From: Octopus sinensis | Taxonomy: Eukaryota | Assembly (NCBI RefSeq): GCF_006345805.1 | Contig: NC_042997.1 | Location: 24,180,001-24,244,000 of the forward strand | Length of the DNA stretch: 64,000 bases | Direction of reading: 5' to 3' | Shown here: positions 23,318 to 38,171 of the stretch, piece after piece | How positions within the stretch are numbered: the first letter of the stretch is position 1 | Layout of the letters: every line of letters starts with the position of its first letter | Made by a program: the position numbers and the translations under genes | The notes under the pieces: generated by a model | What the model was told of the DNA's origin: nothing | The model's input: the letters and a program-made list of their open reading frames with translations, nothing else | Database searches by the model: none

Positions 23318-23390
<73 letters not shown>

Positions 23391-23392
<2 letters not shown>

Positions 23393-25466
23393 GTAGCTGC
23401 TGAATAAGAATCTTTTTTGTGCATGGCACAAAAGATTGTACAGCAGCTAACCTGGCTCCATCAAACTCAAACTCGCAGATGGGACTATCCACAATACACA
23501 AGACCGCCACAGCAAATAGACCCAAGGTGGACACCGCCGGCAACAGCATACACCTCACCTCGATGCTCCAACTGAATATCAGAGGACTGCTAACACTCAG
23601 TGATAGGACAAAAATCCCGTTCTTGAGAGACTTTGTTGCATGCAATCAAGCTTTATGCATAGCACTTACGGAAACACACCTGAAACCGGACATAGCAGAT
23701 GCGGAATTACACATACCACAGTATGTTGTACTACGGACCGACAGAAAAGAAAGGAGACATGGAGGATTTGCTATGTACATGCGTGAGGACCTCACACCCC
23801 AGGTCCTTTTGTCATACTCAAACTCGGTGTGTGACACACTAATTTTACATATAAGGCAACTTGGTGTAATTGTGTGTGCTACATATCGCCCTCCAGATGC
23901 CCCAAACCATATAGGCAAGTTTGAAGACTGCCTTATAAAAATAGAAGTTCTAGTCACATTAGAACAACACATAAGTGTACTTCTTATAGGAGACTTCAAT
24001 CTACCCAATGTCAGATGGCCCGAGGGCCTTTCTCTCCCAGGATGACACGATGTGAACGAGGACAGGCGAGGTCCCTCCTGAACCTCATCATCACCCTGTA
24101 CATGGAGCAAGTAATACTCTATCCAACCAGGGCAGGTAACATACTGGACCTCTGCTTCACAAATAATATGGATCTCATCCATAATGTGAAAGTGACACCG
24201 ACACTACTCTCGGATCACAACATGGTAGAGCTGACTATGTACGGGCCAAAGGAAAGCATGGACATGCAGCCTACAAGAAACTCTCAGAATCTTTCCAGCT
24301 TGAACTTCCATAAGGCAAACTGGAAACAAATTGAGAAAGAGATCCTCAAACAAAACTGGCCTGAATGTCTCTCCTCACCAGACATCGACATGAAACTTCA
24401 ACAATTCATGTCTGTAATGCAAGCCATATGCTACAAATGTGTCCAAGAGAGAAAGGCCACTGTACACAGGAGCAAAATTCCCAGAGAGAGGAAGATTCTA
24501 ATGAGACGGCATACAAAAGTTTCAAATCGCCTAAACAAACACATTGAAAGCAGTGAAAAGTCCCGCCTGAAAATAAAACTGTTGGAAATTGAAAAATGTC
24601 TGCAACTCTACCATGAAAAAGATAGGGCACACAAAGAAGCCTGGGCTATAGACAACATAAGATCTAACCCTAGAGCTTTCTACAGGTATGCCAAAGAAAC
24701 AGCTACGGTGCACTGGAGGATAGGGCCACTCCTTGTAAAGGAAGGCACACTCACAGGAAATCCAATGAAATACTAAATGAGCAATTCAAGAGTGTTTTCA
24801 CTCCACCCCTTGGGCATTTCCAAATCAGCAATCCAACTGACTTCTTTACCACTGCAGATATAAAATCAGAGGCAGCGATGATTTATTAGATCAATATAAA
24901 GGAAGACGATGTAATAAAGGCTATAGATGAAATGAAAACAAACTCAGCTACTGGCCCCGATGGATTCCCGGCAATCCTACTAAAAGTATGTAAGAGAGTC
25001 CTAGCAAGACCACTGCAGTTCCTCTTTCAGAGCTTCCTTGCAATTGGCAAACTTCCAAGAAAACTGAAGGAAGGTAAAATATGCCCTATTCATAAAGGAG
25101 GTAGCAGAGCGGAGGCCAAGAACTACAGACCTATCTCTCTGACCTCACACATCAGCAAGGTCATGGAACGAATAACCAGAAGGAAACTAATCACCTTCCT
25201 TGAAGAAAATGACTTGCTGCCTGACACCCAACATGGTTTCCGACCACGAAGAAGCTGCTTAACTCAGTTCCTACAACACTATGACTAGGTGCTGAAACGA
25301 CTGCCCAACCACTCAAATGTGGAAGTGATATATCTCGACTTTGCAAAGGCCTTTGATAAAGTCGATCATGGAATGATATGTCACAAACTGCATGATATTG
25401 GCATAGTTGGAAAATTGGGAGAATGGCTTCATGACTTTCTGAAGGATAGAAGTCAGGTGGTAGTAG

Positions 25467-25470
<4 letters not shown>
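23391..25470 (+). mobile_element. CR1-group LINE internal fragment (APE endonuclease plus N-terminal RT), with stops and frameshifts
   Basis: LNIRGL...LTETHL...GDFNLP (APE) and GPDG...NYRPISLTS...QHGFR...YLDFAKAFDKVDH (RT). It ends at (TA)n before the YADD motif. Confidence 0.92.
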
Positions 25471-25510
<40 letters not shown>

Positions 25511-25679
25511 TACAAGCCTTCAACTATGCGTGCATTTCATCACATAGCAGAAATAGTTGAGAGCTAAGTGGACATAATTTCTCATTACTTCTCAATTTTC
25601 ATTGCTTATATGTGTTTGTGTGTGTATGTGTGTGTGCGCGTGTTTATGTATGTGTGTATGTATTTTATATATTGAAGTG

Positions 25680-25717
<38 letters not shown>

Positions 25718-25873
25718 ATGATGCATCACGCGTACTACGCCCCCCCCCAAGAAAAAATGACCTAAGATATAAAGTTAAGTGTATATATAATATTGCAAGC
25801 TAAATCGCGAGACAGTAAAATATGGATACATGTCTCTGTCCATAGCCTTTCTTATATCCAGGTTTGTAAACAC

Positions 25874-25945
<72 letters not shown>

Positions 25946-26039
25946 GCACAAATATACACATGCACTCATACAAACTCACACACATATTTATTTATATGTA
26001 TATACACAAACATGTAGCAAGTAAATAGAAACCTTTAAT

Positions 26040-26519
26040 TTTCAAAATTTCTAAACTAAGTGTCTTATAAACTCTGAAAAATTCATCGAAATACTTAAGC
26101 CAGTTCTACTTCCGATGTATTCAAACGATAACATAACGAAAACTGAAATGTTATTCATGGAAGATGGTGCTCCATGCCACACAGAGAAAAGGAATCAACA
26201 ATGGCTGACAAAAAAAGGGGTCAAAAAGCTTCCTTGGCCGAGCCAATCTCCTGACATGAACCCAACTGAAAATCTTTGGAGCATACTAGATAAAGCTATA
26301 CGAAAAACTCGACAGAAGGTAGAAATTCCACAAAAGACAATCACAAGAGACAATCATCGGTTCAACGCCAAAAAGAGTTTCTGAATTAAAAACTGCAAAG
26401 GGAATGTCAACTAAATACTAAAGTATGTAGTCCTACCTATCGAGTACATTTCAGTTGTTTACTTTGCATAGCAAGTAAAAGAATTTGAAAATTCAAGGTG
26501 TCTATTTACTTCCTGCATG

Positions 26520-26520
<1 letters not shown>
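26040..26520 (+). mobile_element. Tc1-like (DD34E) transposon 3' fragment
   Basis: FMEDGAPCHT...WPSQSPDMNPTENLWSILD; right terminus ...ggtgtctatttacttcctgcatg-TA. Confidence 0.85.
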
Positions 26521-26550
<30 letters not shown>

Positions 26551-26656
26551 TATATAATATATATATATAATATATTATTAATAATAAATATAGGAATGAA
26601 TCCAAATTACAGGGAAATCAGATTTAGGGTTAAATCCAATTTTATAGTAAAATATT

Positions 26657-26875
26657 ATATAATATAATTCGAGACAAAACACTATTTTAAAACCAAACAA
26701 GGAAAGACTTAATCAATACATAAAATTTTAATATAAATTAAATAAAATAAATAAAATAAATAAATAAAATAAATAAAATAAATAAATAAAATAAATTTAT
26801 TTATTTATATTAAAATTTTATGTATTGATTAAGTCTTTCCTTGTTTGGTTTTAAAATAGTGGTTTTGTCTCGAAT

Positions 26876-26885
<10 letters not shown>
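26657..26885. repeat. Inverted repeat, ~85-bp arms with an (AAAT)n spacer
   Basis: atataatataattcgagacaaaac...taaaattttaatataaa mirrors tttatattaaaatttta...ttttgtctcgaattatattatat. Confidence 0.9.
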
Positions 26886-26915
<30 letters not shown>

Positions 26916-27248
26916 TATATTATACATATATACATATACATACATACATACATACATACTTACACACATACATACGACGGGTTTCTTTCAGTTTCCGTCT
27001 ACCAAATCCACTCCCAAGGCTTTGGTCGGCCCGAGTCTAAAGAAGACACTCGCCCAATATGCCACGCAGTAGGACTGAACCCGGAAGCAAGCTACTTACC
27101 ACACAGCCACTCCTGCACCTACAAAATCATTAAAGAAAAAAAAAAGGCTGATAGCTGATTTGAAATCGAGTAACTTGAATATTCATGAACTGTAAATGAT
27201 CGTTATTAAAGCACACCCTCAAATTACGAATTGAAAATATTGGTATAT

Positions 27249-27655
27249 AGGCGCAGGAGTGGCTGTGTGGTAAGTAGCTTGCTTACCAACCACATGGTTC
27301 TGGGTCCAGTCCCACTGCGTGGCATCTTGGGCAAGTGTCTTCTGTTATAGCCTCGGGCCGACCAATGCCTTGTGAGTGGATTTGGTAGACGGAAACTGAA
27401 AGAAGACTGTCGTATATATGTATATGTATGTATGTATGTGTATGTGTATGTGTTTGTCCCCCTAGCATTGCTTGACAACCGATGCTGGCCTGTTTACGTC
27501 CTCGTCACTTAGCGGTTCGGCAAAAAGAGACCGATAGAATAAGTACTGGGCTTACAAAAAGAATAAGTCCCGGGGTCGATTTGCTCGACGAAAGGTGGTG
27601 CTCCAGCATGGCCGCAGTCAAATGACTGAAACAAGTAAAAAGAGTAAAAAGAGTA
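27249..27655 (+). mobile_element. SINE family A
   Basis: Full-length copy; an inverted 5' half-copy lies at 26957-27122. Confidence 0.85.
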
Positions 27656-28226
27656 ATTCAATGGTTTCAACATCTGAATATATGTAATGATGACTATGCT
27701 TATTTTAGGCATATGATGTCAATACAATCTTCTTGTCTTGTTGGTAACAGTCCGATACGTGTAATGTTTTCATTCTGAAGTGCAAATGCTGCAAATGTCG
27801 TATTGTCCGTGGTTTATTCTGCGTTATATGCAATCATTTCTATTGGGGGTCCCTGCTGTAGTATTAAATGTTATATTGAAAATCCCTTTTGGATAGAAAA
27901 AGGCTATTATGTATAGCAATTTGTACTTCGTGATCCATAGCTCCATAAAGGAATGTGTGTGTGTGTATACATACATACACGTCGGAGTTCATCCCAGTTC
28001 CGTTTATCAAGTTTCATTCAAATGATATTATGATATTATGATATTGCTGAATCCGCAACAAATCGGCATCATGTATAACTGTCTCTTACAACAGATAGAT
28101 AAAAAGCTGAAGTCATCAAAATTGACATGACCTGAACACAGAAAGTAAAAGGGAAGCTTTTAATATCATTATTATTACTATTATTATTATTATTATTATT
28201 ATCATTATTATTATTATTAACATTAT

Positions 28227-28306
<80 letters not shown>

Positions 28307-28651
28307 TAATAATAATAATAATAATGATAATAATAATAATAATGACAAGAATAAGGACGTAAGCGTTCACACGGTATATATACGAATATACGCACATTTT
28401 ACACAATGGATACATCGTTATCAGATTCTTTTATCGGATGTGACTATTTATAAAATTATCCGATAACTGCAGTCTAGATTCTATTAAAAACACACTCGAT
28501 GTAACGATATCTCCTCTGAGTATATTATCACGTATCTAATAAAGAATAGATCTAATGTAACGAACATATATAACTACAAGTGAGATATGTCTAAATCAGT
28601 TCACACGTTTCGGATGAAATTCATAGGAAATTATTATCATCATCATCATCA

Positions 28652-28692
<41 letters not shown>

Positions 28693-28858
28693 GGGTGGTA
28701 CATTTCCACTCTAATCATTACGTTTTCTATATTTCTTTTGACACTCGTTCATAAATAGTATAAAGGTAATCACTATCCGAAAATCTATTTCAGCTGTCAT
28801 CGAAGAGCGTGTATATATGTATGTATTATGTGTGTATCTGTATGTGTATGTATGTATG

Positions 28859-28890
<32 letters not shown>

Positions 28891-28990
28891 GTGTGTGTGT
28901 GTGTGTGTGTGTATGCGTGTGTCTGAGAGAGAGAGAGTGTGTGTGTGTGTGTGTGTGTATTTATATATGTGTATATATATATCTATATAT

Positions 28991-29042
<52 letters not shown>

Positions 29043-29106
29043 TATGTGTGAATCTCTATATATATATATATACACGCGCATAAAAATAATATGGGTGTGC
29101 GTGTGC

Positions 29107-29151
<45 letters not shown>

Positions 29152-29741
29152 CATGTATATATGTTTATATGAATATTAAAATAGGCATGTGTATTTAAGT
29201 GTATGCTTTTAACTAGTCTTGTATAACACTAGCCTCGCTTTTGAAGCTAATGAAAATCTGATTTATCTTCCGTATTCAGAAAATTACAACCGTAGTTCTA
29301 TCGAGCTTTCATGTTTGTTATTGTTGCCAGCACTTTCGATTTTTAGTTTAATAGAAATTACACTAACGTAGTTTTAGTTTCCTCTTCGAAACTTTAACCG
29401 AAGTAAAACAGAAGAGAAAGGCGAAAATTGTATCACTCGGCTAGATATTTAAGAGTAAGCACAACGAGATATTATGGGAAGGATGTACGTTCGTTTCTAC
29501 TAGCAGCGGCGTTTGATAAAATTACTGTGAGAAATATGTAGTATATTCATTTAGAAGAGTTTAAGATATGTGCATTTATATCGTCATTTTTATCGTTTTT
29601 CATTATTTTCTTTTTAAGAATTTCTTCGAATATAAGTTCGTACGTTAAGCCAGTTGGAATATAATTTCGTAAGTTAAACTAGAATGTACGAATGAACGCG
29701 ACACCAAAGCGTTGCAGCGTTAAATTCCCAGCTATTACAGG

Positions 29742-30164
29742 AAATTGTTTAATTATTGAGTGTGAGAGAGCAACGTAAAATGAAGTGTTTTGCTCAAGAA
29801 CCCTATGCATTGCCCATTTCTGTGATGGAAACAGCGATCTTATGATTGAGGCCAGCATCCTAGCCACTAGGTAACATGCCTTCAAAATGTATGTTTATGA
29901 ACTAAAGAAAACACATATATATCATGTGATGAGATACCCATTTCATACCCAAATTGTTTAATTATTGAGTGTGAGAGAGCAACGTAAAATGAAGTGTTTT
30001 GCTCAAGAACCCTATGCATTGCCCATTTCTGTGATGGAAACAGCGATCTTGCGATTGAGGGCAGCATCCTAGCCACTAGGTAACATGCCTTCAAAATGTA
30101 TGTTTATGAACTAAAGAAAACACATATATATCATGTGATGAGATACCCATTTCATACCCAAATT
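29742..30164. repeat. Near-identical 209-bp tandem duplication containing a decayed CORE-like SINE
   Basis: Units start at 29742 and 29951 and differ at only a few bases. Confidence 0.9.
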
Positions 30165-30559
30165 CTCGTGATCGATAGTCTAATATTGCTGTTTAGATTG
30201 TGTCTGACTTTTATGTGCCTTCTCACAAGAGAGATAGTTTTTATATATAAAAGGTAAGATCACGCATGTTTCCTTTACACCGTATGACAGAAGTTGGCTG
30301 TTTTCACTTAGTTTTTCATTGAATACACTTAATGCTGAAGTGCTTAATATATTTTCTTTTATTTGTATGAACATTTGTCGAGTAATTGTAGTATAAAATA
30401 CCTGGTGAAGTCTGATTATGATATTCTTCATGATATTTATGCAACTTCTTACCGAGTGCACTATTTGACCTGTTAATGAACAGGAGAGGGAGATAGACAC
30501 TTATAAGAGATGGGATAAATGAGAATTTCTGATAGTCAACCTGCTGTGAGATACATATC

Positions 30560-30960
30560 AGATCTGTGAATTGAACAAGATGCCAGTCGTTTAAATATCA
30601 ACATCTTGGAGGTAGTACGGTACAGTAAACAGAGACAAAACAACTAAGGCAACTGATCTAAAAAGATTGGAAGAAAACAGGAAGCACTGAACAATGTCTG
30701 GCTGTTCGAAGAGAAGTGAGACGCAACAAGGGGAATTAAAGATAAATGGTTTGCCAAAGTTCTGCAAGAAGAGGACAAGAGTTGTGAGGTGATGTCTTTT
30801 GCAAGGCTGGATGTTGGTGCAAATCAAGATGTTATTGGGGAAATATGCATACAAAGTTATAGTAGCGCATGAACCATAAGTGATTCCGGGATGAACGAAG
30901 AATGAAAAGGCTGCTACGCGAGAGAAGTGAGTTTGGAGAATATGTAGAAGCGAGAGGGGT
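30560..30960 (+). pseudogene. Degenerate RTE-like LINE fragment
   Basis: KWFAKVLQEEDKSCEV and ANQDVIGEICIQ resemble the RTE ORF linker region between APE and RT. Confidence 0.35.
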
Positions 30961-31397
30961 TAACCTAAGCGCACCTGACATAGGGACCAATGATTCAAGC
31001 TGATATGTATATGATGGTAACTATAGGAGTTATAGAAAGCGATCTACTTTTAGGTGTAGTACATAAAATCCCAACATATCTGGTATCTTAGGATATGTAG
31101 AAGTCAACAACATAGTCAGTCAGGTAGAACAGAGAGGTGTCATATAGAATGACAAGCGTAACACTATTATCATCGGTTACAACGTAGCTGAAATTCAACC
31201 GAGGTTGACTTTGCCTTGCATCTTTTAGGGGGTTGATAAAGCAAGTACCAGTCAAGTACAGGGGTTGATGCAATCGACTTCTCCATTCTCTCAAAATCTG
31301 TTGAACCTTTGCCAAAATTTGAATCCATTATTATCAATTAAAACGAAAACAAAATTCTGTAGAGAAACTACAGAAGCGTCAAACTGATTTATTTTAG

Positions 31398-32966
31398 TAG
31401 CAGAGTTAATAAGGAAATTAATATACTTAGGTGAGTTGCAGTTCAGTGTAGAGCTATGATGTCATACCAAGCTTCTATAACTAGCATTCACTGACTTTGA
31501 GAAGGGTTTGTCTGAGTAACAACCTCCCTAGTCGAATTTGTTACAAAGAAAACTAGGTTGTGATAATTGTCATGTGAGTAACATCAAAAGTGTTTGCAAT
31601 AATTTCAACGACAAACCCGGCGCGTAGTTAGATCTCATTAATTCTTGCTTCCTACCTTACTACAGGACCATTGAATAACAGAAGCAATACTGAGAGAAAG
31701 TAGGGGATAACAAGTGACCCCAGTAGTAATCTGGCACTTTGCAAAAATGAAAGATGAAAGCAATGCACACTTCTGCATTGCTTGAACCAAACAGTGCAAG
31801 AAAAAAATTATACTTTCGCTATCGCCAACAGAAAACTTTGATATTACAACATTACGTAGGAAAGAAAATCTATCATTTCTGATTTTCTTTTCTTAGAGAC
31901 AGCTATCATTTATCAATTTATTTCTAGAGTTCATTTGAATTGTGTGAAGGTGTGTAACATTTTGAAGGTTTGATGGATGGTAAAGTAAAATCTAAGAATG
32001 ATGTTGAAATTGTTGAAGATATCATCACTAGGTACAGTGATTTGGAGCTCTTTATAAGTAATAATAAGTAGCAATACTAATTCACTTGACTAATTATTTT
32101 AGTCTGAGAACACATATTTTCTAAAAAGAACACCACATTGTATTAATATCTGAGATATTTAGATTTACCATAGTATATTCTACGATCAATATACTCGAAT
32201 GTAATTGATACAGTGGCGTTTGCTACGAGCAAAGACTGCCGTAGACGTTTTCGTTATTTAACTACAAGTGATTCTAATTAAGCAGTCTTATTAACAAAAG
32301 ACATTTCCAATCATAATTTCCCATATCTTCTTTCTTTTCTTTATTTTTACCTAGCTTCTGTGTATCTACGGTCGCATTATCCATTATGTTCTGTTATCAA
32401 GACAACAGGAAATAATTGAGGAAGTATTGGGTGATATTTCTAGAAGTTTTATTGACCATGTAGAGCAGGAGTATCAACAATTGTTTTGCTTACGGACCCC
32501 CTTTGATTCCTGTTTTACTCCGTTGGACCCTCCAAGCTACTCAATGTTTAAAAAGTATCCTACTATATTTTTATAATTAAATATTGTTAAGAACTGTATA
32601 AAATATTAAAATATTTTGTTTATTGTACAAGTATTACCAATTCATTACATATAAACTTTAACGACAAAGTCTTATAAGGACCCACAATGGTCACATGGAC
32701 CCCGGTTGAGAACCACATATATAGAGGGCCCTTTGTTAGCATAGCTGTTTCAGTAGATTTCTAAACACTATAAGAACCATAAGACTCAAAACTATGTACA
32801 ATCTGTAGCACCATAAATTGTCTTGAGAAGGACAGATATCGGACTTAAAACGACTATTAAGACGACTATATGCATCTTTCTAAATGTGCTTGCTCAATGA
32901 AGCTTATTTTACTTTAGGTGCTAAAGAACTTTCCTACTTCTCAACACGAAATAGAAGCACTTCTAA
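31398..32966 (+). CDS. Candidate spliced coding segment of an unidentified host gene (exons 31398-31430, 31897-31949, 32355-32423, 32918-32966)
   Basis: All four exons are AG/GT-bounded, three have strong polypyrimidine acceptors, and phases 1-1-0-0-1 are compatible. Joined peptide: xAELIRKLIYLETAIIYQFISRVHLNCVKLLCIYGRIIHYVLLSRQQEIIEEVLKNFPTSQHEIEALL. No family recognised. Confidence 0.4.
32462..32716. mobile_element. Degenerate hAT-like MITE
   Basis: The right end ggacccc-ggttgagaaccac and the decayed left end caggagtatcaac...acggacccc resemble cagtggttctcaacc termini. Confidence 0.35.
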
Positions 32967-33440
32967 GTATGAACTATATAAGAAATCGATAGATTAGTAA
33001 AGATAAATTCACGTTCTCTTTTATTATGTATATTTATTCATATATTTTTTGCGGAGACACATCGTTTTCTCTTTTTATACTTTTCTATCTTTTCTTATTA
33101 AAAATATGACTATTTTTTCGACATGTTTCCCAATATGATTTTCAAAAGATCAGAACATTATTTTTTCCCGTGTGCAAGTTCAAACGAAAGATTGCATCCA
33201 CCAAAATAAATATCATATAAAAAATAATACTAAATCTAATAAAATAAATAATTTTTCGAATTACACAGTCTATAATTCCAACGTTCTTGTGAAAGTTAAG
33301 AAAAAATGATAAATAGAATGAAATATGGGGTATACTTTTTTCAAAGAAGGAATTTGCACATAGAAAAACGCAAACAAATACATTTTAATAAAATACAAAA
33401 TATATGTACACATACATACACATACACACTCACACACACA

Positions 33441-33486
<46 letters not shown>

Positions 33487-33681
33487 ATGTTTATGTATAT
33501 ATATATGCATGTGTGTGTATGTGTGTGTACGTGTGTGTGTGGGTGTGTGCGTGGCCGCTCCTATCAACATAAGGATGGATAATTTTTAATAAACATTATG
33601 TATTCAAGTGATGATAGAAATTACATGGAAAGCTAAATATAAATATATATACTCAGACAGACTCACAAATACATACGCACC

Positions 33682-33721
<40 letters not shown>

Positions 33722-33955
33722 TGCGCCCACGCGCGTGCGTGCTCTATATGCATATATATATATATATTTGTATATATTCAAGCTATACATGTACACATGG
33801 GTGTATGCTTATGTATGTATGTATCTATACATGTATATATATATATTCATAAGCATGTATATTGTCTTTACGGTATATATGCATATACTAACGTATTGCC
33901 ATATATATATATCCACGTGTATCTATCTACTATCTATCTGCCTTTGAACCTGATG

Positions 33956-33998
<43 letters not shown>

Positions 33999-34293
33999 GA
34001 CGCACATACCATCTATATATATATATATGGATCGATGGATGGATCGATGGATGTATATGCGTGTGCATGCGCACGTGCATGTGTCTCTGACTGTGTTTGT
34101 CCCCAATAAATGCTCGACAACCGGTGTCGACCTGTCTACGTCCCCTTAACTTAGTGGTTCGCCAAAAAACAAATAACTGATAGAATATTTAAACTGATAG
34201 AAGAGAGGGGCAGAATTAGTCAAATATTAGCCATGCAAGGCAGGTAGTCAGGCCAGCTTAATGTCACATGAAGCGATAGAGATGACATACTAT

Positions 34294-34324
<31 letters not shown>

Positions 34325-34840
34325 GAGAGAGCAAAGAAAACGTAAGTGAGGAAAGATGGATTGGAAAATGATATCGACGAACAATATGTTGAGCAGATTT
34401 AATGAGGTTGTGTTGTGAAATAGCGAATACGCAGAGAATATGTTAAAGACAGATTAGATGGAGCAAAGTTGGTTTTATTAAATTACACAGAGTGAGAATT
34501 TGAAGAAGTAACGTAATAGGTATGTCTGCGAACAATATAAAAGAGTAATGTAGTAAGATTAAACATTAATTGCAACTATATTCAACTTGGAATACACTAT
34601 AGTAATGAAAATGCTTGACTTTGACATTTAGAATGAATACAACGATTATCGTTAGAAGTTGATATTCAGAATGAAATATTGTGATCCAAAACGTTAACAA
34701 AGAGTCGAAGGACAAACAGTAGCGTAGTAGCAATAAAAAGAATAGAAATAACTGAAAGAAAGAAACTGAAATACATGAAGAAAATTGAGCAAATCTGAAT
34801 GCAGGGTTATTAAGAATTAGACAAAGCAACCAAAAATATA

Positions 34841-35351
34841 CCGTAAATCCTCGAGTATAATACGCAACTTTTTCCCAAAATTTAAAGGTCAAAATCCCTA
34901 GTGCGTACTATATACGAGATTAAAAATGAAAATTATTTTCTAAGCAATGTCCGAGTCCCGATTTGCTGTCCGGCAATGTTTATTCAGACGCATTTTGTGA
35001 TGTCGGGCGCGAAAATACATTAAGCTAAGCCTGAAAGCAATGAAGTCATAAAAGAATCATCCATAACTTGCAGTAAGCAACATTTATTAAACGTTATTGC
35101 TGCTATTTCTTTATTTTCTGCAAACAAAATGCACAAAAAAGCTACACGTTTACATTATGTTATATATACAATAATAATAAAGGATGTTACCGTATACATT
35201 TTTACAAACCAAGGACGTTATATAGAACTCCTTGACTCAAGTTAGAGAAGGGGTGCGTATTATACACAAGGTTTAGGTTTTTCAGAGGTACAGCCCCTAA
35301 AAATTCCCTGCGTATTATACTCAAGGGCAGACTATACTCGAGGATTTACGG
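34841..35351. mobile_element. 511-bp MITE (pogo/Tc2-like TIRs, TA TSD)
   Basis: TA-ccgtaaatcctcgagtata ... tatactcgaggatttacgg-TA: a perfect 19-bp TIR, no ORF. Confidence 0.88.
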
Positions 35352-35759
35352 TACACTTTCACTTTTGGTAAATACTGCGGTAGTGAATATATATATATAT
35401 CAAGTGTAATTTACCTTTAATATTCGTGCTTATGTATGCGATCAATCGTTTTGCATATACATGGCTGTTTGCACTAAATAGATATACAATCACAGTGATT
35501 TTCTTTTATATATAACTTTATACCATATCTTTTATCTTAGGTTGTGCCCTAAAATGTTTTCAGTCATTAGAGTGCTGCCATTTTAGAGTACAGCCTTAAA
35601 TTTTTAGTCGAATGAATCGACGCCATTATTTACTTTTTAAGCGTGGTATATATTCTATCGGTCTCCTTGCCGAAGCACTAAATTACAGGTATGCATCACA
35701 CCAAGTGGCAGTGGGATGAAAGATACATACAGAAAGACACACGTATGTGTATATATATA

Positions 35760-36180
35760 TATATCTTGGCCTGACCGCTGCCCGTACAACACATTATTTT
35801 CCAGTCTCCTGATTTTCATCTATGTTTGTACCTCAAGGCTTTGACTCCACACACTAGCTTAATTTAACTTGTCCATATTAGTCGAAAGACACCTGTTGTT
35901 ATTATCTTGCTTGTATTTATAATCATGTAACATTTTCTCCGTTTTCTTTTTTTTTGTCCGTGTTGTCGCTCACAATACTTAACTTAGATTTTTGGAGTCA
36001 ACCAATTTTGAAAAGACTCAAGTGTAACAGGCCGAAACTGTAATGATAATTGGAAACTTGACTAATGAACAGAACGCCACAAATGCTCCAGCCTGGTTAT
36101 TCCTGTCCGTCTTTCTATCGTCTATCTAATCTGTATGTTTTTATTGTAATCCGTTACATTCTTATTCCGTTTTTCGATAT
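35760..36180 (+). mobile_element. Possible Penelope-like terminal fragment
   Basis: TA-bounded and T-rich, with a decayed ...aggccGAAAC hammerhead-like remnant. Confidence 0.3.
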
Positions 36181-36934
36181 ATATATATAAGCTTCTTTCT
36201 TTCAGTTTCCGTCTACAAAATCCATTCACAAGGCTTCGTCGGCCCGAGGATGTAGTAGAAACTACTCGTCCAAGATGCCACGCAATGGGACTGAACCTGG
36301 AACCATGTGGTTCGTAAGCACGGTTTCCTATTTCATATAGATTTGCCATACAGGCATTACAGAGAGAGGACAAACAAGGACAGACAAACATAAAGGGTGA
36401 AGAAGCTTTTACGTTTTAAAAATGTCAAATCAATCGGATGAAAACATGAATCGATGGAATATGCAATAAAAATTTTAAATTTTGAATTAGTCATTGCGTT
36501 CCGCAATGAGGAGCATTGGAAGAAAGGCACCCAGCCAGCTGGGTAGAACCTTTACTTTTTAACCCGACCTCACTTACCTGGTTCCAATCGCACCCAACTT
36601 GCTCAGGCTTCCATCTTTTCACAAACATATCTCGTGACAGACACTTCTCCAGCCTGATCTTAGTACCGAGGTGATAAGTAAAAAAGTTAACCAACCCTTG
36701 GCCAGAGAAAAAAGGTACCTGTCACTATACCTTTCACACGCGTCTTCTTTCAGTATGGCTGCTACGCAGAGAGAACAAACCTTCCTTTCCCTGTTAAGGG
36801 AATGAGGTAGCACAATCTCGATGATTGACTCAGCCGATAGCTGTACACTCCCCTCACTGAAAGCAGTTGTTCGACAAAAGGGGAAGCAGGCTTCTTACCA
36901 CACAGCTACACCTGCGCCTATACTCTTTCTCTCT

Positions 36935-37332
36935 TTACTCTTTTACTTGTTTCAGTCATTTGACTGCGGTCATGCTGGAGCACCGCCTTTAATCGAGCAA
37001 CTCGACCCCGGGACTTATTCTTTTGTAAGCCCAGTACTTATTCAATCGGTCTCTTTTGCCAAACCGCTAAGTAACGGGGACATAAACTCACCAGCATCGG
37101 TTGTCAAGCAATGCTAGGGGGACAAACACAGACACACAAACACATACACATACATACATATATATATACGACAGGCTTCTTTCAGTTTCCGTCTACCAAA
37201 TCCACTCACAAGGCTTTGGTCAGCCCGAGGCTATAGTAGAAGACACTTGCCCAAGATGCCACGCAGTGGGACTGAACCCGGAACCATGTGGTTGGTTAGC
37301 AAGCTACTTACCACACAGCCACTCCTGCGCCT
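36935..37332 (-). mobile_element. SINE family A
   Basis: Full-length reverse copy. Confidence 0.85.
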
Positions 37333-38171
37333 GTCATAATTTTTTTAATAATTGCCCTTAAATTTTCGATTTTATATGTGATCTCATTTTTGTGTTCCAT
37401 TGATTTCTTTTGTTTGCTTCATTAATGTCTATCGTGGAAATGTTTGACGTAAGAAACACGTAGTAAAATTTCAATGACAAACCAAGGATTTTAAATATAT
37501 TTTTCGATATTAGTGTTTGTTAGTTTTGTTTTCTTTTGTCTCTGTGTATTTTAGTTTGTGGTGTATGAAATGGTGTATGTTGTGATGTACAGAAAGATGT
37601 GGTTTTTGTGGTGATCCAGAAAATATGCAGCACGTTTGTAAGGGTAGCGTACTATGAATGTCGAGAAATTTAAATGTTCTCGATACTGTATCAGAAAAGT
37701 TTTAGACTAAATTCCTAACTAAAGTGAATAATGCAAAGCTTACTCTACACACATACACACTCACACAGACACACACACACAAACACATACACATAAATAG
37801 AGAGAGAACGGGGGAGAAAGAAAGAATGAGAGTGAGAAAGAAAGAGAAAGAGGGAGAAAGAATGAAAGGGAGTACGAAAGAGAAAGAGAAAGGAACAAAG
37901 AAAGAAAGAAAATTTTGGATATTTTTTTTAATCTAACCACGTGAATATTTCTAAGTGTGTCTGTAAGCATGTATGATGTAATATGATTTTTAACTTTAAA
38001 AGAACTATGAATTTTTGTGTGACGAGCGTTGAAAAAATCCACATTAGTTCAAGAGGCGAATACCTAGCAGATTTCTCATACATGCAAGAAGAGTTCAACT
38101 CGTGGAGATGTATTTATGCAATTCGGTTACAGAAACGTCTATTTGAATCTTGCATTAAAAAAAATATACAT

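Noticed and set aside
31959-32031. Alternative exon GLMDGKVKSKNDVEIVEDIIT
   Set aside because: Weaker acceptor, and its phase-2 end does not join the next strong acceptor; 31897-31949 fits better.
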